Shown: piece by piece, positions 11,639-22,649 of the stretch
How positions within the stretch are numbered: the stretch's first letter is position 1
Layout of the letters: every line of letters starts with the position of its first letter
NCBI RefSeq assembly: GCF_036971445.1
Contig: NC_091471.1
Location: 355,012,001 to 355,076,000, forward strand
Source: Narcine bancroftii
Lineage: Eukaryota
Direction of reading: 5' to 3'
Length of the DNA stretch: 64,000 nucleotides
Notes under the pieces: generated by a model
Seen by the model: the letters and a program-made list of their open reading frames with translations, nothing else
Told to the model about the DNA's origin: nothing
Databases searched by the model: none
Program-made: the position numbers and the translations under genes

Positions 11639-12341
11639 TGTCTTGGGTAAACTTGTACCTCTCACTTTGTTCGTTTTAGATTGGCCACAGTGTTCAAGCT
11701 ACCGAAATAAAATAGACACACACACCAAGAGCAGTTCAGTTTATACAAGTCTTTATTACTAAATCTAAAGCTGAATTCACACTACAATATGCAAGCCCTT
11801 CCCAATTATACTTATCAATGGCTGGACTGGTCCCAACTGCCAAAGCGAGGCGACGACTGCACACTTGTAGTAGGTTGTCTGGGCACCGGTAGCAGCTTCT
11901 CCACCTCCCCGGACCGGGACATCGGTTTGGAATCTTGAAGTTCTTCTTGCTGAGAGATGTTGCCACCTCTTGGAGAGTCTCAAACTTCAGCAGTGGGACC
12001 ATGGCTTATATTACCCAAAAGTTTACTTCAGATCTTATCTCTTTGAACAAATGATTTAATTATCTTCAAAGTCTCCTGACAGTCTGCAACCAACAAAAGA
12101 CAACTGCATCTCTTGGCCTCATGGTGGAAGTTGGATAATGTCTACTGATTCATATGCATCCCTGGGCCCCATAGTGTAAATTTAGATAATGTCTTCCTAT
12201 TCAACTGCATCCTGGGCCCCATAGTGGAATTTAGGTGTGTCTACTAAATATGCATCTTGGGCCTCATAGTGGAATTGAGATTATGTCTTCTGATGCAACG
12301 GCATCCCTTCTTTCACAAGCTAGTCTAAATCCTCCATTACA
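11639..12341 (-). repeat. 5' LTR (703 bp) with U3 tandem repeats, TATA and poly(A) signal
   Basis: Starts TGTAATGG and ends AAGACA on minus. About four ~50-bp repeats at 12101-12305; TATAA at ~12010; AATAAA at 11757-11752. Confidence 0.8.
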
Positions 12342-12780
12342 ACCTAATGACAAGAAACATTAATATGATAGAAAGAATGCAGAGAAGAGTTACTAGGATG
12401 TTGCCCAGACTTCAAGAATTGAGATACAGGGAAAGAAAAAACAGGTTAGAACATTATTCCCAGGAGCATAGAAGAATGAGGGGAGATATGATAGTGGAAT
12501 TTAAAATTATGAGGGGTATAGACAGAGTAAATGAAGGTAGGTTTTTCCCACTGAGGATAGGTGAGATACAAACCAGAGGACATGGGTAAAGGGGAAAAGT
12601 TTAGGGGGAACGTTCACTGAGAGTGTGAAACAAGCTGTCTAAGAAGAATTTGGATAGGTACATGGATGGGAACAGAATGGAGGGTTATGGACTGGGTGCA
12701 GGTCAATTTGGATTCGGCAGAATAATAGTTTGGCACAAACTAGAAGGGCCCGTGTTGCAGTGTTCTGTGGTTCTAATGGT
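12342..12780 (+). mobile_element. CR1 3' end (second copy of the duplicated segment, continuing into the 3' UTR)
   Basis: MTRNINMIERMQRR...FFPLRIGEIQTRGHG, then a CR1-type tail ending ...GTGTTCTGTGGTTCTA. Confidence 0.85.
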
Positions 12781-12870
12781 GCAGTCATTGGTGGGGCCAT
12801 CACACAGTCCTCCCAATAGGAGTAGGAGATGGGAAGGGAAGAATTGTTGGCAGATAACTGTGAGCTAATA

Positions 12871-13050
12871 TAGCGGTTAATGCTAGCAACTTGGGTTCGA
12901 ATCTACCTCTGTAAGGAGTTTGTACATTTTCCCAGTGTCTGCGTGGGTTTCCTCCCACTGTTCAAAGCGTACAGGGTTGTAGGGTATTTGGGCGGCATGT
13001 GCTCGTGGACAAGAAGGCCTGTTAGCGTGCTGTAGTATAAATTAAATTAC
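12871..13050 (+). mobile_element. tRNA-derived SINE (V-SINE/HE1-like), degraded
   Basis: B-box GGTTCGAATC and core AGGAGTTTGTACATT...GTCTGCGTGGGTTTCCTCC, shared with copies at 17243, 22179 and 54716. Confidence 0.7.
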
Positions 13051-15904
13051 TAGATGTGAAAGCAACCAAGTTGTTGGTGAGGGTAACTAAGAGGAGGTTT
13101 AGATGGAGCAGAATTGTTGGGGATATCCAGGGTTTACTGAAATAGTACATTAGATCATCCAACAAGGAAAGGGCCAACAGAGTCCTTGTTCTGGGAACTG
13201 AGCCTCGCCAGATGATTGAAGTTTCATTGGGAGAGCATTTTGGGAACAGGTATGACTAGGTTTTCAGATAGTTGTGGATAGGGATAAGACTGGTGGAAGG
13301 TGCTAAACTGTGGAAAGATTAATAACAAACATTCGGTGGGGGGGAAGTACATTATTGTTATTATTATTGGACAAGACAACATCTGACACGTGGGAGTTGT
13401 CAGAATTCAGAACCTGTGTATTCCAGTGTGGAAGACGAGAGCAACCTCTGGGAATCTCAAGATGCTGCAGATTCAGTCAAAAAGAAATGGAAGCTTATAC
13501 AGGGCTTAGGAATCTGAAATTGGACAGGAAACTGAAGGAATATACTGCAGGAAAGAGCTCAAGCATGGCATTAGGAAGGAAAAAGGGGGGCATAAAATGC
13601 TCTCAGCAAGCAGGTTTAAAGAGAATTCCAAGATGTGTTATACTTGCATTAAAATCAAGTTGATGACAAGGGAGCGGATAGAACCACTTAAGTACAATAG
13701 AGGGAATTTGTCCCTGAGTCCAGAGGAAGTGTGTGAGGAACGAAAGAAGTACCTCATACCAAGAAGGACAGAGGTGCTAGCTAGATTATGGGAAGGGTGG
13801 GGTGAGGGGGGGGTGAAACTGCTGTTATTCTTGGGCATTTGATATCAATAAAGAGGAGTTTCTTAACATTACGGTGGATAAATTCTCATGGCCTGATTGA
13901 ATCTCTCATAGGTTATTGAGAGAGGCAAGACAACTTGGCAGAGATCTTGTTCCTCTGATTGGCAATGGAGGACTCTGCCCATAACAGCTACTGCATGTGT
14001 ACTATTCTTTAAACACTAACTGGTCACCGACTTTCTATCACATCAAGTAGCCTCCCAATCTCCCAAAGCCAAATTAGTGCTTCATTCACCTGGTTGCAAT
14101 TCACTTTTGATCTATTTTGTTTAGATTACTATTACCTGAAGCCTTATTTAAATGCATAGCATCAATGTACCTTTTCTTATTACTTCAGCATTGATCTAAA
14201 ATAACTTGCTCCCTTCACACGTTGATCTAATAAACAGTTTCCAGAACCCTGAAAACATTCCCGACGTGACTGATGCTGTCTTTTGCCCAGTCTCCCAGCA
14301 GGTTAAGGTTACCGTTGCTGTGACATTAATGGTCATAACCTACATGACATCACAGCTGGGTCTGTTGACAACTCTACTGAGGTCTCCCACACCTTGCTGC
14401 TTCTCAGCTCTACCCACCCTGCCTCCACCGCTGGATGTTCTGACCTTGCCTTCTGAGTTTTACTCTGATCTATTGGAGCACCACCTCCTTTCCCCTTGTT
14501 GCCGGTACTGAGATAATTTCTCACCTTGAGCTTTATAGAACCCTTTGACTGTGTGGTTATTGGGCTGTACCCATTCTTTTCTACTTGGGTCATTAGTTTG
14601 CCTGGCATGACTCAGACCAGAGGCTTTCATTCTTGGATTCTGATTGGAGCTGATATTTGCTGCACTCTTACCTGACACAGGGATGTTCATTAATTAAATA
14701 AATACTGAAGTTACTGGAAATTTGAGACAAAAGTAGGTCCAACAGCATCACTGGGAAGAGAAACAGTCCTTTTTTTAAATCAGAACTGGACCCAAAACAC
14801 TGTTTCTCTCTCCACAGATGCTACGTGACTTGGCGAATGTTTCCAGCATTTTCTGATCCTGTCTCATTCTTCAGTTCCCGAAGCACTCCTGAACTATCAC
14901 TTTGTTCTTTCTCTAAACTTTCTAAATTTCCTTGCTCCATAACCCTCTGTAGACATATAAACACATACTAACACAGACACTCACAGTCAGACACTTGCAC
15001 AGACACAAATTCATATGCATACTAACATACACACACTAACACAGATATACATAAAGGCACACACACTAGCATAGATACACATACATGCTTGGAAATACAC
15101 ATAGGTATATACACACAGAGCCATTCACACTAACACAGATGCACATACAGACATAATAGGACCCCCTGCTTAGTGTGGGACTCTTGGTCAGTGTGGGACC
15201 CCCTGGTCAGTGGAAGGGTTAAGGTACCAGCTGTAGTCCCAGACAGTTCACCCTAATCTTTATCCACAAAACATGATTTTTGTTCATCTTAGTTCTGCAA
15301 GGAATGAGGTGATTCTTGAACTAATCGCATTAGCGTCTGCTAACAACCTCAGCTCAGGAGTAATCCTGCCAGCAGACTCTGCTCTCGGCTGCCCCCCCTG
15401 GGAACAGCAACCAGTCTCTGATTGACCAGGGATTAGCCCTGACCAGCCCTCAGCCTCAGTAGCTCAAGCTCTGTGCATCTGGGTCATAACCCTAACCCTA
15501 ACCCTGTGCAGGGATGATCTGATTGTGTCCCACCCAACCTTGTTTACCCCTAGCCTCTCAACATCTGTCCTTAAAATAACCACACTCTGCCTTCATTTCC
15601 CTCTAAGCCAAAGATTCACTGGCTCAGAGATAGAGCCCATCTCCTGTTTATGTGATGGATTCTCCCACAGAGAGATCTTCCTCTCCACTTCCACACCCCC
15701 CCCCCCCCAGATCATGAGCCCCTTGTGTCCAAACTCCAGAATAATCCAACATGCCATCCATGCATAATACAACTCACTCCCATTCTAGGGATCCTTCTCT
15801 CAACTGCCCGAAACTCTCATACTTTCCTCAGGCCCTGACACCAACATAGTAGACAACACTGGGCTCACCAATGCCTGATCAAACATAAGCACCATCAAAA
15901 AATG

Positions 15905-16405
15905 TGGTGACTCTCACTGGGGGTCCCACACACATAGACCCTCTCTGGGAGACAGGTCTCACACAAACCGAGCTTCACTGGAGGATGGGTCCCACATACA
16001 CTGACTCTCACTGGGGGACAGGTCACACACCCACTGACCCACATTGGGTCAGGCCCCACACACTGACCCTCACTAAGGGATGGGTCCCACACACTGACCC
16101 TTACTAGGACTGTCCCACTCCAGTGAGGGTTAGTGTATGGGACCCATCCCCTGGTGAGGGTCAGTGTGAGGGACCAATACCCCAGTGAAGGTCAATGTGT
16201 GGAACCGTACCCCAATGAGAGTCACTGTATGTGGGGCATGTTCCTCAGTGAGAGTCAGTAGGTGTTGGACCTTCCCCCAGTGAGCGTCAGTGTGTGTGGG
16301 ACTCTCCCCCAGTAAGGGTCACTCTGTGGGACCATCCCCCAGTAAGGGTCACTGTGTGGTCAGTAATTTTTGGTCCCATCCCCCAATGAGGGTCAGTCTG
16401 TGGAC
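15905..16405. repeat. Degenerate ~30-bp minisatellite that switches orientation at ~16110
   Basis: Left half (GGGTCCCACACACTGACCCTCACTGGGGGA)n; right half is its reverse complement (CCCCAGTGAGGGTCAGTGTGTGGGACC)n. Confidence 0.8.
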
Positions 16406-17242
16406 TGTATCATTTGGACCTGACTTGGATCTCTGCTTCTTGAGCTGTAAGGAAGAGGTTAATAATCCACTCTCACTGGTAGACGTTCACTGATCGCTTT
16501 GCTGTTTGTTACAATGGTAAGATTGTCTGGGAATTTAGATCCCGGCCCCGTGGTACCAACTCACAGCACACACATCTGTGCAGCCAGGCCAATGGTCTGA
16601 GCTCCTGGGTAGGTCAGCCAGGGGACACAAATTGTGAAACTAACTCACTGGAACATTGGAGCAATGGGTCTGAACTGACTGGAACCAGCAAGGGCTCAAC
16701 ATAGGGGAGAAAGATGAAGGCAGAAAAGATTCAGTGGCTGTGGGAGTGGTGCAGTCATGGACACACTTCCTGCTCTCCTTCTCCAACCTCCTGCCTACCT
16801 CCACCTTGGATTGACTGTCTCTTCACCCACCTCGTGGGGGACTGCAGTTGTTCACCTCCTTCCTTTTGGGGCTTGGTCCTATGGGATGGTTGGAATCTGT
16901 GACCAATTACCATTTTTTGGGGGGTGGTCACTTTACCCAGGAATCACCTCCACCTCCTGCTCACCACCTGCTTTCTGTCTCTCTGCAGTGATAGATGTGG
17001 GGCTCATACCTCCACTGAGAGACCCAGTCCCCAAGTGATACCTCCACCAAGGGTGGCCTTCATCAAACACACTTAAATAATCCTGGCACATGGGGCTAAT
17101 ACAAGAGCCCATGTATAACAGGAAAAAAATATTAACACGTGTAGAGCATTGGCTGAATGGCAGGAAGCGGAGAGTTGGAATACAAGGATCATATTCTGAT
17201 TGCCAGTTGCTTTTGGTGTTCCACAGGGGTCTATGTTGGAGT

Positions 17243-17464
17243 GGCTTGGTTAGTGTAGTGGTTAGTGTAATGCTCTTACAGCACCAGCCATTGGGACTGG
17301 GGTTCAAATCCTGCACTGTCTTCAGGAGTTTGTACATTCTCTCTGTGTCTGCTCGGGGTTTCCTCCAGGGGCTCCAATTTCTTCCCATTGTTCAAAATGT
17401 ACTGGGGTTGGAGGTCAATTGGGTGAAATTGGGCGGCACAGATTCGTAAACTGAAAGGGCCTGT
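17243..17464 (+). mobile_element. tRNA-derived SINE (V-SINE/HE1-like) inserted in a CR1 remnant
   Basis: A-box-like TAGTGTAGTGG, B-box GGTTCAAATCC, core AGGAGTTTGTACATTCTCTCTGTGTCTGC. Confidence 0.75.
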
Positions 17465-17923
17465 AAGTCAAGGAATGGCTTTGGTGGCTAAGTTTGCAGA
17501 TGATATGAAAGTAGGTGGAGGAACTGGTCATGTTGAGGAAACAGGGAGGTTGCAGAAGGATTTAGACAGGTTAGGAGAATGAGCAAAGAAGTAGCAAATG
17601 AAATATAATGTCAGAAAGTATCCAGTCAAGCACTTTGGTAGAAAAAAAAAGAGAAGGTTTTTTTTTAATTGAGAAAAAATTAAATATTTCTGAATTCAAA
17701 GGAACCTGGAAGTCCTCATGCAGGATAGCTTGAAGATAAACTTACAGGTTGAGATGGTGGTGAGGAAGGCAAATGCAATGCTGGTGTTCAAGAGGAGTAG
17801 AACATAAGAGCAGGGATGTGGTGTTGAGGATTTATAAGGCACTGTTGACTCCTCATTTCAAGTATTGTGAGTAGTTTTTGGCTCCTCATTTAAGAAAGGA
17901 TGTGCTGACATTGGAGATGGTTC
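17465..17923 (+). mobile_element. CR1 RT/3' fragment, split by the L1 insertion and resuming at 20311-20750
   Basis: KFADDMKVGG...LQKDLDRLGE...VRKANAML; resumes after the TSD with RRMRGDL-like and RTKWH motifs. Confidence 0.8.
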
Positions 17924-17939
17924 AAACTACTAGGTTCAC

Positions 17940-20294
17940 GGGTGAACTCCAGCCCTCTCCAGAAAAGTCGGGAAAAACAAAGGAAAACACAAAGGCACAG
18001 AAATAAAAGTTACAGAAAAGTGAGTATAAAGGTGGAAAGAAGATGGCGACAAAAAAAGAAAAATCGAAAGCAACGGTAAGAAGAGAGGAAGAGAAGACAA
18101 AGGAGGAAAAAGGTGAAGGCCTTACCTGTCCGAAGAGGCCCGCTGCGGAGAGAGAAACCCGCTCCCTCAGGTCGGTAAATAATGGACTACAAAAATGGCT
18201 CGCAGAGCCGAGTAAAAGTGCGCGATGCGAATGAAAAAAAACACACCGACGGGAGGGGGGACCAGCTGGGGAGTCGATCTCCACAGCCGGCAACGACAGC
18301 TGCAGAACACCTGCAGCAAGAAGAGACCACAGAAGACAATAGAAACAAGAAAGAAGAGGAGGAAAGTGCACCAAAGAAACAACAGATGGTCAACCCAGAG
18401 GAAGAGGAAGAGTACAGTGAAATAGAAGAAGAAAAGAAAGGCAAGGTAAAGGATATACTTGCTCTTATTAAAGGATACATGGAGTCATTTAAAGAATGGC
18501 AAACACAGGAATTTAAGGATTTAAGAAAAAGAATAAACAACACAGAAGAGAAAATAAATAAAATGGAGATGACCTTAACAGAAATGGGAAAGAAAATGGA
18601 CAAGATGGAAGAGCGGGCAGTAGCAGCAGAAATGGAGGTAGAAGACTTAAAAAAGAAATTGGAGAAATCTAATAAAAAAACTAAAGAGACACAAGAACTA
18701 CTAGCTCAAAAAATAGATTCAATGGAAAACCATAACAGAAGAAATAACATAAAGATAGTGGGCCTTAAGGAAGATGAAGAAGGCAAGAATATGAGGGAGT
18801 TTATAAAAGAGTGGATCCCTAAGACCCTAGGATGTCCAGAACTACAGCAAGAAATGGAAATAGAAAGGGCACATAGAGTATTGGCCTCTAAACCACAACC
18901 ACAACAAAAACCAAGATCTATTGTAGTAAAATTCCTAAGATACACTACAAGAGAAAAGGTACTGGAGAAGACAATGGAAAAAATAAGAGAGGGCAACAAA
19001 CCACTGGAGTATAAAGGGCAAAAAATCTTCATTTATCCAGATATAAGTTTTGAACTCCTAAAGAAGAGAAAAGAGTTCAATACAGCAAAGGCGATTTTAT
19101 GGAAGAAAGGGTATAAATTTATACTAAAGCATCCAGCGGTATTGAAAATATTTATTCCAGGACAACAAAACAGACTATTCTCGGATCCAGAAGAAGCACG
19201 AAAATTTGCAGAACAATTACAAAAATAGACTGAGGGAGGAAGACGGGTAATGAGAGTTAAAATGATCACGATTGATATGTATGTGGGTAAAGACAAAAAT
19301 AGACTGAGGGATGAAGACGGGTAATGAGAGTAAAAATGATCACGATTGATATGTATGCGGGTAAAGAGGTATAAGAGTGAATAGAGACAATGAGCATACA
19401 TGAATGTATCTGTACTTAGAGGAAAATATAGATAGTATAGACAAGAATTAATAAGGGAAGGTAATGGAATAGAGAGAATAAGGAGGGAATTAAAAGAGTG
19501 ACCTTTGTGACATATGAAAAGTGAAATCTTTTCTGGGGGAGGCGGGGTGGGGGGAAATAGCGGTCACTGCAAAATCAGTTGACGCTTGCGAGTGGATTCG
19601 CAAATCCAAATGGAGAGGGGAGATGTGGTTGTCCGACAAGGGATAAAGGACAACTCAGGAGGCGAAGGGAAGATTGGGGATAAATAAGATAGAAATAGGA
19701 GAATAAGGAAAATGTTGGATGTTGTAGGAATGTTGTCTTATAAAGAGTTGAAAATAAGAAAACAGAAATGGAAAAGGAGGAAAGGTAATGATGGAAAAAC
19801 GGAAAGAGAAGATAAACAAAATATAAAAGGGCTACGCTGAACTATATGTCTTTAAATATTAATGGATACATAACCAAATTAAAAGGAAGAAACTACTAAA
19901 TTTAAATGAATAAATGTATTCCATTAGAAAAAATAACATATAGGTTAAGAAATAATATTGAAATATTCGAACAAGTATAGGAGCCTTACATTAAATACAA
20001 TAGCGAAAACCTACCGGGGACAAACATTACCTAAGTTGATGGAAGGAGAAGGAAAGAAAAGAATGGACTCAGTAGAATTTCTGGTGTAATTTTGTTGAAT
20101 GACAACATTGTCTGACTGGCTTAATGCAACCTAGATTGTATACCTAAAATGGATGAGAGGGGGGGGGGTGGGGGGGTGGTTTGGGAGGAAAGGTGGGGGG
20201 GGAGAAAAAGTCACTGTATATGTGTGAAAAAGAAATAGTGTATATCATGGCTAATGTGATTTAAGGTGTGAAAAATAAAAAATTTAATAAAAAA
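17940..20294 (+). mobile_element. ORF1-only (HAL1-like) internally deleted L1, 2.35 kb, with poly(A) and 16-bp TSD
   Basis: TSD AAACTACTAGGTTCAC at 17924-17939 and 20295-20310. Near-identical to the element at 48693-54639 but lacks ~3.58 kb of ORF2 (junction ~19903). Confidence 0.93.
18043..19228 (+). pseudogene. L1 ORF1 (coiled coil, RRM, CTD); frameshifted near 18222, with a 348-aa downstream ORF 18182-19228 still open
   Basis: ENHNRRNNIKIVGLKE, IERAHR, PRSIVVKFL, IFIYPDIS and PAVLKI motifs; a 32-bp deletion relative to the sister copy. Confidence 0.88.
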
Positions 20295-20756
20295 AAACTA
20301 CTAGGTTCACTAGGATGATTCTATGAATAAAATTATCATATAAGGAACATTTGGCAGCTCTTGGCCTGTACTCGTTGGAATTTATGAGAATGAGGGGGAT
20401 CTCACTGAAACATTTTGAATGTTGGAAGACATGGACAGAGTAGATATTGAAAGATTGTTTCCCATGGTTGGAGCGTCTAGGACAAAATGGCACAAATTCA
20501 GGATTAAAAGGCATCCCCTTAGAACAGAGATGCTGAGAAATTTCTTCAGCCAGTGGCTGGTAAATCTATGGAATTTGTTGCCACAGTCAGTTATGGAGTC
20601 CAAGTCATTGGGCAGAGATTGATAAGTTCTTCATTAGCCATGGCATCAAAGGTTGGGCAGTGGGGCTGAGTGGGTAAATGGATCAGCTCATGATTGAATG
20701 GTGGGACAGACTTGATGGGCTGAATAGCCTATTTCTGCTCCTATGTCTTATTGGCT

Positions 20757-20906
20757 ATGTGCCCAGATGTGGCCCATTCCTTGTGAGGGTTGACCACATG
20801 TCCAGATGTGCCATATTCTGTGTGAATGTTGGCTTTAAGTCCATATGTGGCCTATTCTGTGTGAGGATTGACAAGTCCAGATGTGGCCTGTTCCCTCTGA
20901 GGGTTG
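20757..20906. repeat. Four degenerate ~39-bp tandem units
   Basis: Recurring GTCCAGATGTGGCC..TTC.GTGTGAGG.TTG. Confidence 0.65.
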
Positions 20907-22178
20907 CTGCACTTCCAGTTGTGTCCTCAGCCAGGTTATCAGACATACTCCAATCCCTGCATCATGTACTTGGACAACTTAATCATCTGTTCCCTCGAGG
21001 ACACCGGATAAGGTAAGAGGAATGGAGTTTAAAGAGGATCTGAGGAATTAATATTTTTTTTGAGAGTTTGACATCAACACTCACTGCCAGAGAAGGTGAT
21101 GGAATCCGATACTGAACCTGACCCGTTTGAAAGACATTAAGACAAGCACTTAAGCAGGCAAAGCAAAGTAAGATGTTCCCCACACTCCTGACTCCCATGG
21201 CAGACATTGAGGAGTGGGGATAATACCCCATTCACCTTACCAGATGGTTAACAGACTTTGGGGAAATGAGGTGAACAGGGTTCCAACCTGGCCTAGTGTG
21301 GCCACAATGGATCTCATTATTGCCTAGCACAGATATAGTGAGAATGTTACTGCCACCTCTCAGCCCAAGCTTGGAAATTCAGATCTGACAATTCAGTTGT
21401 GAACTGTTTTATTCTCGGAGGAATGTTGAATGGTCCGTGAACATCCCCACTCCTGACGTGCCAATGAAAGCCCACAGCTGGAGCAGCTGAAGGTTGGGCT
21501 TGGACCTCTCCTCAGAAGCTCCTGCAGAAATGTCCCGTGGTACAGATTGCCCTCCAACCACCATAACTACCTTCCTTTGTACAAAGAATAGTCCTAAACA
21601 AGGCAGGTTTGGCCCTGGTTCCCTCTGCCTGTAGTTTAGCTGGGATTCCTCGATGCTGCCTTAATGCACCAGCCCTGCAATCCATGTTTGACTGAGGAGC
21701 TGAGTGACTTTGGTGGAACACAGAGCTGCTGTGAGTAGGTATCGATCAGCAGTTATGACAGCACCATTGAGGAGTCCTTCCCATCACTGCTGAGAATCAA
21801 ACACTGGCCGGCTTAATTTGCTTCTTGGGCACAGAAGACACATGGATAGTTTTCCACATTGCCGGTAGATTGTTGGTGTTGCAGTCCACAAAACGAGACC
21901 TACACCTTGACTTTCATAGAAGACCAGTTTTGCCATTTCTGACCCATCTCTCACAACTTCTACATGGGCACCATGAAAATCAGATTTGCTGGGTGCATGA
22001 CAGCATGGGACAGGAGCTGCTCTGCTCAAGACTAGAAACTATAGAAGGTGGTGAATGCAACTCAGAACATTGCCCAAACTTTCCTCCCCTCCTCGCACTT
22101 GATATGAAAAGGTGGACTACCACTCCTTGGAAATACTCACGCCCTCCGTAAACTTGTTAAACTGCTCACTGATGTAGA

Positions 22179-22424
22179 TTTAGACATACTGCACGGTGAC
22201 AAGCCATTTTTGCCCATGAGTCCATGCTGCCCAGTTTACGCCCATTAACCTACACCCCCAGTACGTTTTGAATGGTGGCAGTAAACAGGAGGCCCCAGAG
22301 AAAACCCACACAGAGTCAGGAACGTACAAACTCCTTACGACAGCATGGGATTTGAACCCTAGTCCAGACCCAATCACTGGCACTGTAAAGACGTTGTGCT
22401 AACCGCTACACCAACCGAGTTGCC
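22179..22424 (-). mobile_element. tRNA-derived SINE (V-SINE/HE1-like)
   Basis: Reverse complement reads GGTTGGTGTAGCGGTTAGC...GGTTCAAATCCC...AGGAGTTTGTACGTT. Confidence 0.75.
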
Positions 22425-22649
22425 CAAAATATAGAAAACTGTATGAGGTATAATGTGACAAATCAAAGGTCAAGGGTGCAGTCAGTGGTGGATTACACAG
22501 GAAGCTGAGGAGGTGGGGAGTGTAAGAGGTAACCCCCCCACCCCCTCTCCCACTGCCCTCAGCAAACTGTTGCCAGCATATGGTACCCTCCAGCATTACA
22601 CTAGGTCCAGATGACAGGAGCCACACCAACAAGACAGGCACACAACCCA

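Larger units (their letters stand above)
10504..12341 (-). mobile_element. Truncated endogenous retrovirus (class III, ERV-L/ERV-S-like): 5'LTR, PBS, leader and 5' gag
   Basis: LTR TG...CA (12341-11639); PBS at 11636-11619; donor GAG|GTGAGT at ~11587. Broken gag ORFs contain RIRAMIR...EWDGNIW and FRQKVGETLAAWLLHVWEQGG. Confidence 0.8.

Noticed and set aside
15487-15505. (TAACCC)3 interstitial telomeric repeat
   Set aside because: Only three units; too short to interpret.
19895-19915. L1 ORF2 deletion explained by spliceosomal splicing
   Set aside because: The right breakpoint follows an AG but the left breakpoint has no GT/GC donor.
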